Source of the DNA: Eledone cirrhosa
Taxonomy: Eukaryota
Length of the DNA stretch: 64,000 nt
Direction: 5' to 3'
Assembly (NCBI GenBank): GCA_964016885.1
Contig: OZ024744.1
Span: 42,842,001-42,906,000 of the forward strand
The position numbers were made by a program, and so were the translations under genes. The notes under the pieces were generated by a model that was given only the letters and a program-made list of their open reading frames with translations, was not told the origin of the DNA and did no database searches. Positions 50,601-63,800 of the stretch are shown one piece after another (position 1 is the stretch's first letter; every line of letters starts with the position of its first letter).

Positions 50601-53600
50601 TGATGGGAAGAGAGACAGGTGTGTTAGGTAAAACACAGTGTGATATTATGGGAAGAGAGACAGGTGTGTTAGGTGAGCCTCAGTGTGATGTGGAGAGACA
50701 GGTGTGTTAGATGAGACAGGTGTGTTAGTTAAAACAGTGTGATGTGAAGAGAGACAGGTGTGTTAGGTGAGCCACAGTGTGATGTGAAGAGAGACAGGTG
50801 TGTTAGGTAGGACAGTGTGATGTGAAGAGAGACAGGTGTGTTAGGTAAAACACAGTGTGAAATTATGGGAAGAGAGACAGGTGTGTTAGGTGAGACAGTG
50901 TGATGTGAAGAGAGACAGGTGTGTTAGGTAAGACAGTGTGATGTGAAGAGAGACAGGTGTGTTAGGTGAGCCACAGTGTGATGTGAAGAGAGACAGGTGT
51001 GTTAGATGAGACAGTGTGATGTGAAGAGAGACAGGTGTGTTAGGTAAGACAGTGTGATGTGAAGAGAGACAGGTGTGTTAGGTGAGCCACAGTGTGATGT
51101 GAAGAGAGACAGGTGTGTTAGGTAAGACAGTGTGATCTGAAGAGAGACAGGTGTGTTAGGTAAGACACAGTGTGATGTGGAAAGACAGGTCTATTAGGTG
51201 AGACACAGTGTGATATGAAGAGAGACGGGTGTGTTAGGTAAGACACTGTCATGTGAAGAGAGACAGGTGTGTTAGATGAGACACAGTGTGATGTGATGTG
51301 AAATGAGACAGGTGTGTTAGGTGAGACACAGTGTGATGTGGAGAGAGATGTGTTAGGTGAGACACAGTGTAATGTAAAGAGAGACATGTGTGTCATGTGT
51401 GACACAGTGTGATGTGAAGTGAGACAGGTGTGTTAGGTAAGACACAGTGTCATGTGAAGAGAGACAGGTGTGTTACGTGACACACAGTCTGATGTGAAGA
51501 GAGACAGGTGTGTTAGGTGAGACATAGTGTGATGTGATGTGAAGAGAGACAGGTGTGTTAGGTAAGATACAGTATGATGTTGAGAGAGACAGTTGTGTTA
51601 GGTGAGACACAGTGTGATGTGGAGAGAGACAGGTATGTTAGATGAGACCTAGTGTGATGTGAAGAGAGACAGGTGTGTTAGGTGAGACACAGTGTGATGT
51701 GTAAAGAGACAGGTGTGTTAGGTGAGACAGCGAGATTTGATATAAAGAGAGACAGGTGTGTTATTTAGGACACGATGTGATGTGAAGAGAGAATGGTGTG
51801 TTAGGTGAGACACAGTGTGATGTGAAGTGAGACAGTTGTGTTAGGTAAGACACAGTGTCATGTGAAGAGAGACAGGTGTGTTAGGTGAGACACAGTGTCA
51901 TGTGAAGAGAGACAGGTGTGTAAGGTGAGACACAGTGTGATGTGAAGAGAGACAGGTGTGTTAGGTAAGACACAGTGTGATGTGACGAGAGACAGGTGTG
52001 TTAGGTGAGATACAGTGTGATGTGAAGAGAGACAGGTGTGTTAGGTGAGACACGTTGTGATGTGATGTGAAGAGAGACAGGTGTGTTAGGTAAGATAAAG
52101 TGTGATGTGGTGTTAAGAGAGAGGTGTGTTGGGTAAAACACTGTAAAACACTGTGATGTTATGTGAAGAGAGACAGGTGTGTTAGGTGAGACACAGTGTG
52201 ATGTGAAGAGAGACAGGTGTGTTAGGTGAGACATAGTGTGATATGAAGAGACAGTGTGTTAGGTAAGACACAGTGTGATGTGAAGAGAGACAGGTGTGTT
52301 AGGTGAGACACAGTGTGATGTGAAGAGAGACAGGTGCCTTAGGTGAGACAGTGTGATGTGATGTGAAGACAGACAGGTGTGTTAGGTAAGACACAGTATG
52401 ATGTTGAGAGAGACAGGTGTGTTGGGGGAGACAACAATGTGATGTGATTTGGAAAGACACGTGTGTTAGGTGAGACAGTGTGATGTTGAGAGAGACAGTT
52501 GTGTTAGGTGAGACACAGTGTGATGTGAAGAGAGACAGGTGTGTTAGGTGAGACACTGTGATGTGGAGAGAGTCAGGTGTGTTAGATGAGACACTGTGAT
52601 GTGAAGAGAGACAGGTGTGTTAGGTAAGACAGTGTGATGTGATTTGGAAAGACAGGTGTGTTAGATGAGACAGTGTGATGTGAAGAGAGACAGGTGTGTT
52701 AGGTGAGACACAGTGTGATGTGAAGAGAGAAAGGTGTGTCAGGTATGACACAGTGTGATGAGAAGAGAGAAAGGTGTGTCAGGTAAGACACAGTGTGATG
52801 TGAAGAGAGACAGGTGTGTTAGGTGAGACACAGTGTGGTGTGGAGAGAGATAGGTGTGTTAGGTGAGACACAACGTGATGTGATTTGGAAAGACAGGTGT
52901 GTTAGGTGAGACAGTGTGATTTGATATGAAGAGAGACAGGTGTGTTAGGTAGGGCACAGTGTGATGTGATGTAAAGAGAGACAGGTGTGTTAGGTGAGAC
53001 ACAGTGTGATGTGAAGAGAGACAGGTGTGTTAGATAAGACAGTGTGATGTGAAGAGAGACAGGTATGTTAGATGAGACCTAGTGTGATGTGAAGAGAGAC
53101 AGGTGTGTTAGGTGAGCCTCAGTGTGATGTGGAGAGACAGGTGTGTTAGGTGAGACAGTGTGATGTGAAGAGAGACAGGTGTTTTAGGTAAGACACTGAT
53201 GTGGAGAGAGACAGGTGTGGTGTGATGTAAAGAGAGACAGGTGTGTTAGGTAAAACATTGTGATGTGAAGAGAGACAGGTGTGTTAGGTGAGACACGGTG
53301 TGATGTGAAGAGAGACAGGTGTGTTAGGTAAGACAGTGTGATCTGAAGAGACACAGGTGTGTTAGGTAAAACACAGTGTGATGTGATGTGAAGAGAGACA
53401 GGTGTGTTAGGTAAGACACAGTGTGATGTGGAAAGACAGGTCTATTAGGTGAGACACAGTGTGATATGAAGAGAGACAGGTGTGTTAGGTAAGACACAGT
53501 GTCATGTGAAGAGAGACAGGTGTGTTAGATGAGACACAGTGTGATGTGAAGTGAGACAGGTGTGTTAGGTAAGATACAGTGTGATGTGAAGAGAGATGTG

Positions 53601-56600
53601 TGTTAGGTGAGACACAGTGTAATGTAAAGAGAGACATGTGTGTCATGTGTGACACAGTGTGATGTGAAGAGAGACAGGTGTGTTAGGTAAGACACAGTGT
53701 CATGTGAAGAGAGACAGGTGTGTTACGTGAGACACAGTCTGATGTGAAGATAGACTGGTGTGTTAGGTAAGACAGTGTGATGTGAAGAGAGACAGGTGTG
53801 TTAGGTAAGACACAGTGTGATGTGAAGAGAGACAGGTGTGTTAGGTGAGACACAGTGTGATGTGAAGAGAGACAGGTGTGTTAGGTGAGACACAGTGTGA
53901 TGTGATGTGAAGAGAGACAGGTGTGTTAGGTAAGATACAGTATGATGTTGAGAGAGACAGTTGTGTTAGGTGAGACACAGTGTGATGTGGAGAGAGACAG
54001 GTATGTTAGATGAGACCTAGTGTGATGTGAAGAGAGACAGGTGTGTTAGGTGAGACACAGTGTGATGTGTAAAGAGACAGGTGTGTTACGTGAGACATAT
54101 AGTGATGTGAAGAGAGACAGGCGTGTTAGGGGAGATAACAATGTTGATGTGATTTGGAAAGACAGGTGTGTTAGGTGAGACAGCGAGATTTGATAAGAAG
54201 AGAGACAGGTGTGTTATTTAGGACACAGTGTGATGTGATGTGAAGAGAGAATGGTGTGTTAGGTGAGACACAGTGTGATGTGAAGCGAGACAGGTGTGTT
54301 AGGTAAGACACAGTGCGCTGTGAAGAGAGACAGTTGTGTTAGGTAAGACACAGTGTCATGTGAAGAGAGACAGGTGTGTAAGGTGAGACACTGTGTGATG
54401 TGATGGGAAGAGAGACAGGTGTGTTAGGTAAGACACAGTGTGATGTGAAGAGAGACAGGTGTGTTAGGTGAGACACAGTGTGATGTGGAGAGACAGGTGT
54501 GTTAGGTAAAACACAGTGTGATGTGATGTGAAGAGAGACAGGTGTGTTAGGTGAGACACAGTGTGATGTGGAGAGAAACTGGTGTGTTAGGTAAGATACA
54601 GTGTGATGTGAAGAGAGATGTGTGTTAGGTGAGACATAGTGTAATGTAAAGAGAGAGACATGTGTGTTATGTGTGACACAGTGTGATGTGAAGAGAGACA
54701 GGTGTGTTAGGTAAGACACAGTGTCATGTGAAGAGAGACGGGTGTGTTACGTGAGACACAGTCTGATGTGAAGATAGACTGGTGTGTTAGGTGAGACACA
54801 GTGTGATGTGAAGAGAGACAGGTGTGTTAGGTGAGACACAGTGTGATGTGAAGAGAAACAGGTGTGTTAGGTAAGATACAGTATGATGTTGAGAGAGACA
54901 GTTGTGTTAGGTGAGACACAGTGTGATGTGGAGAGAGACAGGTGTGTTAGGTGAGACACAGTGTGATGTGTAAAGAGACAGGTGTGTTAGGTGAGACATA
55001 TAGTGATGTGAAGAGAGACAGGCGTGTTAGGGGAGACAACAATGTTGATGTGATTTGGAAAGACAGGTGTGTTATTTAGGACACAGTGTGATGTGATGTG
55101 AAGAGAGAACGGTGTGTTAGGTGAGACACAGTGTGATGTAAAGCGAGACAGGTGTGTTAGGTAAGACACAGTGCACTGTGAAGAGAGACAGTTGTGTTAG
55201 GTAAGACACAGTGTCATGTGAAGAGAGACAGGTGTGTTAGGTGAGACACCGTGTGATGTGAAGAGAGACAGGTGTGTTAGGTGAGACACAGTGTGATGTG
55301 AAGAGAGACAGGTGTGTTAGGTGAGACACAGTGTGATGTGATGTGAAGAGAGACAGGTGTGTTAGGTAAGACACAGTATGATGTTGAGAGAGACAGGTGT
55401 GTTAGGTAAGATAAGGTGTGGTGTGGTGTTAAGAGAGACAGGTGTGTTGGGTAAAACACAGTGTGATGTTATGTGAAGAGAGACAGGTGTGTTAGGTGAG
55501 ACACAGTGTGATGTGGAAAGACAGGTGTGTTAGGTGAGACAGTGTGATGTGAAGAGAGACAGATGTGTTAGGTAAGACAGTGTGATTTGAAGAGAGACAG
55601 GTGTGTTAGGTAAAACACAGTATGATGTGATGTGAAGAGAGACAGGTGTGTTAGATGAGACACTGATGTGGAGAGACAGGTATGTTAGGTAAGACACAGT
55701 ATGATGTGATGTGGAAAGACAGGTCTATTAGGTGAGACACAGTGTGATATGAAGAGAGACAGGTGTGTTAGGTAAGACACAGTGTCATGTGAAGAGAGAC
55801 AGGTGTGTTAGATGAGACACAGTGTGATGTGAAGAGAGACAGGTGTGTTAGGTGAGACACAGTGTGATGTGGAGAGAGACAGGTGTGTTAGGTAAGATAC
55901 AGTGTGATGTGAAGAGAGATGTGTGTTAGGTGAGATACAGTGTAATGTAAAGAGAGACAGGTGTGTCAGGTGTGACACAGTGTGATGTGAAGAAAGACAG
56001 GTGTGTTAGGTAAGACACAGTGTCATGTGAAGAGAGACAGGTGTGTTAGGGGAGACAACAATGTTGATGTGATTTGGAAAGACAGGTGTGTTATTTAGGA
56101 CAGAGTGTGATGTGAAGAGAGAATGGTGTGTTAGGTGAGACACAGTGTGATGTGAAGCGAGACAGGTGTGTTAGGTAAGACACAGTGCACTGTGAAGAGA
56201 GACAGTTGTGTTAGGTAAGACACAGTGTGATGTGAAGAGAGATGTGTGTTAGGTGAGATACAGTGTAATGTAAAGAGAGACAGGTGTGTCAGGTGTGACA
56301 CAGTGTGATGTGAAGAAAGACAGGTGTGTTAGGTAAGACACAGTGTCATGTGAAGAGAGACAGGTGTGTTAGGGGAGACAACAATGTTGATGTGATTTGG
56401 AAAGACAGGTGTGTTATTTAGGACACAGTGTGATGTGAAGAGAGACAGGTGTGTTAGGTGAGACACAGTGTGATGTGAAGAGAGACAGGTGTGTAAGGTG
56501 AGACACAGTGTGATGTGATGTGAAGAGAGACAGGTGTGATAGGTGAGACACAGTGTGATGTGGAAAGACAGGTGTGTTAGGTGAGACAGTGTGATGTGAA

Positions 56601-58872
56601 GAGAGACAGATGTGTTAGGTAAGACAGTGTGATTTGAAGAGAGACAGGTGTGTTAGGTAAAACACAGTATGATGTGATGTGAAGAGAGACAGGTGTGTTA
56701 GATGAGACACTGATGTGGAGAGACAGGTGTGTTAGGTAAGACACAGTATGATGTGATGTGGAAAGACAGGTCTATTAGGTGAGACACAGTGTGATATGAA
56801 GAGAGACAGGTGTGTTAGGTAAGACACAGTGTCATGTGAAGAGAGACAGGTGTGTTAGATGAGACACAGTGTGATGTGAAGAGAGACAGGTGTGTTAGGT
56901 GAGACACAGTGTGATGTGGAGAGAGACAGGTGTGTTAGGTAAGATACAGTGTGATGTGAAGAGAGATGTGTGTTAGGTGAGATACAGTGTAATGTAAAGA
57001 GAGACAGGTGTGTCAGGTGTGACACAGTGTGATGTGAAGAGAGACAGGTGTGTTAGGTAAGACACAGTGTCATGTGAAGAGAGACACAGTGTGATATGAT
57101 GTGAAGAGAGAAAGGTGTGTTAGGGGAGACAACAATGTTGATGTGATTTGGAAAGACAGGTGTGTTATTTAGGACACAGTGTGATGTGAAGAGAGAATGG
57201 TGTGTTAGGTGAGACACAGTGTCATGTGAAGAGAGACAGGTGTGTTAGGTGAAACACAGTGTGATGTGAAGAGAGACAGGTGTGTAAGGTGAGACACAGT
57301 GTGATGTGATGTGAAGAGAGACAGGTGGGTTAGGTAAGACACCGTGTGATGTGAAGAGAGACAGGTGTGTTAGGTGAGACACAGTGTGATGTGGAAAGAC
57401 AGGTGTGTTAGGTGAGACACAGTGTGATGTGAAGAGAGACAGATGTGTTAGGTAAGACAGTGTGATTTGAAGAGAGACAGGTGTGTTAGGTAAAACACAG
57501 TATGATGTGATGTGAAGAGAGACAGGTGTGTTAGATGAGACACAGTGTGATATGAAGAGAGACAGGTGTGTTAGGTAAGACACAGTGTCATGTGAAGAGA
57601 GACAGGTGTGTTAGATGAGACACAGTGTGATGTGATGTGAAGAGAGACAGGTGTGTTAGGTGAGACACAGTGTGATGTGGAGAGAGACAGGTGTGTTAGG
57701 TAAGATACAGTGTGATGTGAAGAGAGATGTGTGTTAGGTGAGACACATTTTAATGTAAAGAGAGACGTGTGTCAGGTGTGACACAGTGTGATGTGAAGAG
57801 AGACAGGTGTGTTAGGTAAGACACAGTGTCATGTGAAGAGAGACAGGTGTGTTAGGTGAGACACAGTGTGATGTGATGTGAAGAGAGACAGGTGTGTTAG
57901 GGAAGATACAGTATGATGTTGAGAGAGACAGTTGTGTTAGGTGAGACACAGTATGATATTGAGAGAGACAGTTGTGTTAGATGAGACCTAGTGTGATGTG
58001 AAGAGAGACAGGTGTGTTAGGTGAGACACAGTGTGATGTGGAAAGAGACAGGTGTGTTACGTGAGACATATAGTGATGTGAAGAGAGACAGGCGTGTTAG
58101 GGGAGACAACAATGTTGATGTGATTTGGAAAGACAGGTGTGTTAGGTGAGACAGCGAGATTTGATATGAAGAGAAACATGTGTGTTATGTAGGACACAGT
58201 GTGATGTGATGTGAAGAGAGAATGGTGTGTTAGGTGAGACACAGTGTGATGTGAAGAGAGACAGGTGTGTTAGGTGAGACACAGTGTGATGTGAAGAGAG
58301 ACAGTTGTGTTAGGTAAGACACAGTGTCATGTGAAGAGAGACAGGTGTGTAAGGTGAGACACAGTGTGATGTGATGTGAAGAGAGACAGGTGTGTTAGGT
58401 GAGACACAGTGTGATGTGAAGAGAGACAGGTGTGTTACGTAAGACAGAGTGTGATGTGAAGAGAGACAGGTGTGTAAGGTGAGACACTGTGATGTGATGT
58501 GAAGAGAGACAGGTGTGTTAGGTGAGACACAGTGTGATGTGAAGAGAGACAGGTGTGTTACGTAAGACAGTGTGATGTGAAGAGAGACAGGTGTGTTAGG
58601 TGAGACACAGTGTGATGTGGTGTGAAGAGAGACAGGTGTGATAGGTGAGACACAGTGTGATGTGAAGAGAGACAGTTGTGTTAGGTAAGACACAGTGTGA
58701 CGTGAAGTGAGACAGGTGTGTTAGGTGAGACACAGTGTGATTTGATGTGAAGAGAAACAGGTGTGTTAGGTGAGACAGTGTGATGTGAAGAGAGACAGGT
58801 GTGTTAGGTGAGACACAGTGTGATGTGATGTGAAGAGAAACAGGTGTGTTAGGTGAGACACAGTGTGATGTG
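47655..58872. repeat. ~11.2-kb satellite, ~40-bp unit (gtgtgatgtgaagagagacaggtgtgttaggt(g/a)agacaca)
   Basis: Continuous tandem array with 2-5-bp indel variants; about 280 units by length. Confidence 0.98.
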
Positions 58873-59110
58873 GAGAATAGAGGTATGACTTGTAGGTTTA
58901 GATAGGGGAGGTCTGTAGCTACCTAGTTCAGGAAAGCAGAAGCTGTTGAAGTAGTGGTAGATCAGACGGAGAGAAGCCACAGTATGTGTTTCACAAGTTG
59001 TAGTATGTTGTTAATTGTGACCATTTGAATCAGTCAGATTACCTTCTATTGGTTGTGGTCAAGGATGTGTATTTGTTTGTTACAGCATTTCCATTCTAGA
59101 TATAGGCAAC
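58873..59110 (-). mobile_element. Jockey/CR1-group LINE C-terminal fragment
   Basis: Minus-strand translation VASLRLIYHYFNSFCFPELGSYRPP resembles the HRR.VASL..FY.Y...CS.EL...PP motif. Confidence 0.55.
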
Positions 59111-59509
59111 AGTACTCCATTGTGATTCTTATTTTAACTTTGTAGAGGATCAGGAGCTGAAGTATTTTCTAGTCATGGTGATAAAAGATAATCTTTGGTT
59201 GGCACTTTTTGCTATATTAATAAAACCAGCAATACTGGGTTTAAATCAATCAACTATAATTGATTCCTCAGAAAACTTTAAATAAAAACATGCACATTAC
59301 ACACACTCACTCATACACACAGTTATGCTCATTTTCTCTACCCCAACTCCCTTTTCTGTACTCATTTACCTCTTCCAGCCCACAGGTCATGGTCATACTG
59401 GGGCACTGCCAACATTTACTTATATATATATATTTATTTATATATTTTATTTATTTTAATAGCCCAAAATAAATATTCAGTTAGCAAGTTCTACGATCTC
59501 CTGTTTCAG

Positions 59510-59720
59510 GAAACATAAAGAGTCAGTGAGTGAAAATCAGAAAATGCAGCCTCTCTCCTGTGGGAAACCAGTTAATTACACTATATATGACGACTTGAAA
59601 GGACTTCATCACAGACATAGTCATCCACAGATTGCAGAACCAGAAGTTGCCATATTTCTCCCTAAAAAAATTTCGGACCATAAAAAATTTGAAAATAAAC
59701 TACTAAAAGCTAGAAAAGAA
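59510..59720 (+). CDS. Candidate internal coding exon of an unidentified host gene
   Basis: ctcctgtttcag|G acceptor, open frame KHKESVSENQK...KKFENKLLKARKE, AA|gtatgc donor; non-repetitive sequence. Confidence 0.45.
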
Positions 59721-59759
59721 GTATGCAAAACTTCTATTGAATTTTTTTTTTTTTTTTTA

Positions 59760-60741
59760 CCGTATTTTTTGGGTTATAAGACACACTTGTCTATACTATA
59801 ATAAACACTTGTGTTTAAGACACACTGGTGTATAAAATAATAGATACTTGCATATATGATAAACTAGTGTATATTATGATATGCACTTGTATATAAGATA
59901 CACTGGTGTATAATATAAGACACTTGTATATGAAATGCACAGATGTATAACATGCACAGCTATATGACACATTGGTGTGTAATATGATAGACACTTGTGT
60001 ATAAGATATACAGATGCGTAAGATGCACACCCTTATTTTGAAGAAAAATGTTCGGGGGAAAATGTTATAGGAATATTTAAGACTTTTTTTTGTTGACCAA
60101 AAGTTCAACCTAATATTTTTTTTTAAAATGCATTATTCCAAAGACAAAAGTGCTTTTCAACAGAGATTACTATATATTTACAATTGCTTTCACCTGTATC
60201 TGCTACCTCTAATTCAATTCATTTGGGGGATCTTTTCATGAATTGGGTTGTAATGTAAATGGCTAAATTTTTTAGAATCAAAATATCAATATTAGTATGA
60301 ATTAGGTATCGAAATAAACTGAACTGTCTATATAAATATATATACAGCTATACATGGATTGGATTATGTATACCATATATATAAAATTTGGAATGAGGTC
60401 AATTTAATTGACGTTTCCCTTTTGCTAAATTGTTGGACTTGTATCTCAATTAGAAGCCATTATTAATTGGCAGTATCGGTAGAGGGTCCGACGCCACGCT
60501 TTGCAGCATAGAGTTACGGCCCTTTATGGTCTGAGATCAAATCCCGCCGAGGTTAACTTTGCCTTTCATCCTTACGGGGTCGATAAAATAAAGTACCAGT
60601 ATTACACTGGGATAATTGGCCTTGTGCTAAAAGTAGAAACGATTATTATTATATTCATAACTTTGGTGTAGAAGACACGGGGATATTTTGGCATCAAATT
60701 TTGGGGGTAAAAATGTGTGTCTTATACACTGGAAAATTCGG
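59760..60741. mobile_element. pogo/Tc1-like non-autonomous DNA transposon with subterminal tandem repeats, interrupted by a SINE
   Basis: TA|CCGTATTTTT...TATAAGACACAC and GTGTGTCTTATAC...AAAATTCGG|TA; acac(t)tgt(g/a)tataa repeats at 59780-60030. Confidence 0.75.
60467..60650 (+). mobile_element. tRNA-derived SINE
   Basis: Same family as 46634-46817; (ATT)n tail. Confidence 0.8.
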
Positions 60742-60929
60742 TAATATTTCATTTATTCATTCAATATTTCTTGAAATCGATTATAGTATTTAAAATAACA
60801 TCTATTTCAGCTGATAATTTGGTATTTATGCATCCATTATTTAAAAAAATAGATTTTGATGATACTCTATTTACTATATTGCAAATTGTAAGACATCTTG
60901 AAAGAGAGATTGAAAAGATATGTAGGCAT

Positions 60930-60980
<51 letters not shown>

Positions 60981-60985
<5 letters not shown>

Positions 60986-61322
60986 AAGGGTAAAGACCCC
61001 TTTCGGTCACGAATGACCATCGGATTTTCCCATAGAAAGTTCCCCTCTGAGGCACAAGTCTGGGCAAGGTTGTTTGTGGAAGACCAGCAGTCACCCATAC
61101 CAGTCTCCCCTTTCCATGTCACAGATGTTGTCCAAGGGAAAGATAATGGCCGATACGACTTGGCACCAGTGACATCACAACGCCTTTCTACAACTTAGTA
61201 AACTGAAGCAACATGAAATAAAACATCATGCTCAAGGACACAACACATGACCCAGTCCAGGAAGCAAACTCACAACCTCACGATTGCAAGCCTAATGTTT
61301 TAACCACTAAGCCATGTGCCTT
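60981..61322 (-). mobile_element. tRNA-derived SINE with a different (Ceph-SINE-like) body
   Basis: Head ggcacatggcttagtggtt...ttgagca as at 19757; body ends in (tttaccc)2. Confidence 0.7.
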
Positions 61323-61339
61323 TACAAACACGCACATAC

Positions 61340-61422
<83 letters not shown>

Positions 61423-61794
61423 AAATATAAACGAGACAAATACAGTGCTGCAAAAACACAGTCTTAGGTTCATGCTTGGGAATGAAGATAAAGAAAAAGT
61501 AAGCAAATGGGCACCCTCACCACTGAGCCACAAGCACCCATTATATTAAATAAGCTTTGTATAATTGTGTTTTGTTAAGTTATATCACTGGGCTCATATC
61601 CTCTTGTGAGTTTGTTGAAGCTCTACCCTTTACTCTGTTATGCTTTTAGTTGTTTTAGTCATTGAAGTGTAACCCTACTGTGGCACCACCTTGTTTCTAT
61701 TTTTTAAAGTTTGGTACTTATTTTATTTGTTTCTGTTTGTCAAACCACTAAGTTGCAGGTCATAAACAAATAATAAACATAAACATGGAAATGG

Positions 61795-61828
<34 letters not shown>

Positions 61829-61831
61829 TCA

Positions 61832-61930
61832 CAGGGTGTCCAAAAAATGTATACACACTTTGATTACCTATACAAGCAATATGTATTAGGATGCTGTTGA
61901 AGTGTGTATACATTTTTGGGGGACACTCTG
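61832..61930. mobile_element. ~100-bp Tc1/mariner-like MITE
   Basis: CAGGGTGTCCAAAAAATGTATACACACTT inverted as AAGTGTGTATACATTTTTGGGGGACACTCTG|TA. Confidence 0.8.
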
Positions 61931-62384
61931 TATATATATATATATATATATATATTGATATTACACTGTTTTTGTCTACCAAATTTCATTCACAAGGAAT
62001 TGGTCGACCCAGCTCTATAGTAGTTGTAGAAGACACCAATGAATTTTGGGACAAATGTGTCTTACTAGCTTCGCTCTGGTTCTATTTTAAAATGTTCATA
62101 TTCAATCTAAAATTGTCCACCCTAATTTTATCTCAGAATATTTTATAAAGGCATGTTCCAAACACTGGTTTTACTAATAACAAAGTTATTTTATTAAATC
62201 TCTCTAACTTATTTTGACTTACAAATATTAATTTGAAAGCATAGATATAGTATCTCTGATGAGATATGTTAATTAAGATAAATAAAGAGTACAAACCCTC
62301 AAAATAAGAGTATAACTTGAGTGATGGTGTGATTGTGGATATATGTAAGGAGTTTTAACAATATACTGTTGTTATTGCTGATAG

Positions 62385-62668
62385 ACCTCCATCAGTTCCA
62401 ATGAGTGTTCCAGTTATTTGATCACTCCACAAGTATGTGTACCCTTAACATAATTCTCAATGAGATTCAGCATGACACAGTGTGTGACAAGGCTGGCATT
62501 TTGAATTACATGTAGATACAATTCATTTTCTTTTTCAGCTGAGTGGATTTTGAGCAACGTGAAATAAAGTGTCTTGCTCTTGGGCATATTACTTTGCCAG
62601 GAAATCGAGTTTATGACCTTATAATCATGAGCCAAATACCCTAACTTCTACTAAGCCATGTGCCTTCA
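62385..62668 (-). mobile_element. tRNA-derived SINE (head as at 19757, body as at 63640-63800)
   Basis: actaagccatgtgcct head, gaaataaagtgtcttgctc core, cagcatgacacagtgtgtgacaaggctggc body. Confidence 0.7.
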
Positions 62669-62724
62669 CAATTGTAGATGTAAGGAGAAATTATCAATAA
62701 TAGGTAAAACAATATAGCTGTGTG

Positions 62725-62914
62725 CAGACCTGCCAACCTCTAAAAACCCAAACGGAGAGTACCATGAAAAAAGTGCCCCAAAACGGATAGAAATGAGGCT
62801 AAAATGGGGAGATTTTACATAAGAGCTATACCCATTTTCACAAAAGAAGACATCTCTCACTCACCCCAAAGGCTATTGCAAATCTCCCCATTGGATGGAG
62901 AGTCGACAGGTCTG
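62725..62914. mobile_element. Short MITE with CAG termini (hAT-like?)
   Basis: CAGACCTGCCAACCTCT ... AGAGTCGACAGGTCTG imperfect TIRs; no clear TSD. Confidence 0.5.
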
Positions 62915-63459
62915 TGATGTAAGAGGTTAATCACTGTATAGTCATAGTTGTATTGAATGCATTAAGTCATGCTTGTACCAACAATTGCGTAGGTAGCAAT
63001 AGTTTCTGCAGCTATTAGGGGAAGAAAAAAAATAACTATCTTTTGCCATGATCTTTAACTCTTAACTTACTGTGATGATATAGCAGAAAATATCTAAGTG
63101 TTTTGTTCTTTTAATTCAAATGTTAATAGTATCTTTATTGGTGGACAAATCTTTATGAAAAATTGCAGGATTAAAGTAAAGACTTCAATTTTTAGTGTAG
63201 TGCAGTCATAGTGTTTTATACTTTTTGTGCCTTGCTAATGTAGTTTCATGTGGTATAGGATATTAAAAGTTAAAGAAATTTCATATAAAATCTGTTGGTT
63301 TTATTTTTAACACAGTGACTTCCAACAATTTTCAGTTTCCCAAAACATTTTAAATACACTATTCTTTTAGCTGCACATTCCAATACCTGTGTCTCCTTCT
63401 TATAGCATTATTCAGGAAAGGGATTCACATGACATTTATTAAAGATAACATGGATGCAA

Positions 63460-63800
63460 GTATAGCCAAATGGTTAAAAAGTTTGCTTCACAATCATATA
63501 GTTCTAGGTTTGATTCTACTACGTAATATCTTGGGCAGGTGTCATTTACCATACTATACTTTAGATTAACTAATACCTTGTAAATAAAATTGGGTAAATG
63601 GAAACTGTCTAGAAATCCATCAAATGCACGGTACCCATACTTCAAAGAGCTAGCTTTGTCACATATTGTGTCATGCTGATTTGGCCTGGGAATTAGATTA
63701 ATGATGAGCATGTCTGTGGAATACTCAACCATTTGCATGTTAATTTCATGAGTAGGCTGCCCCATTAATCAAACAACTGGAACATTTATTGTCAAAATGA
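63460..63800 (+). mobile_element. tRNA-derived SINE, degraded
   Basis: tagccaaatggttaaaaagtttgcttc...ggtttgattc head, cttgggcaggtgtc core, body homologous to 695-860 and 62385-62520. Confidence 0.7.

Noticed and set aside
47895-58693. Many His/Ser/Thr-rich minus-strand ORFs
   Set aside because: They are translations of the satellite monomer.
47655-58872. Telomeric array
   Set aside because: Only one TTAGG per 40-bp unit, no (TTAGGG)n run, and ordinary sequence on both sides.
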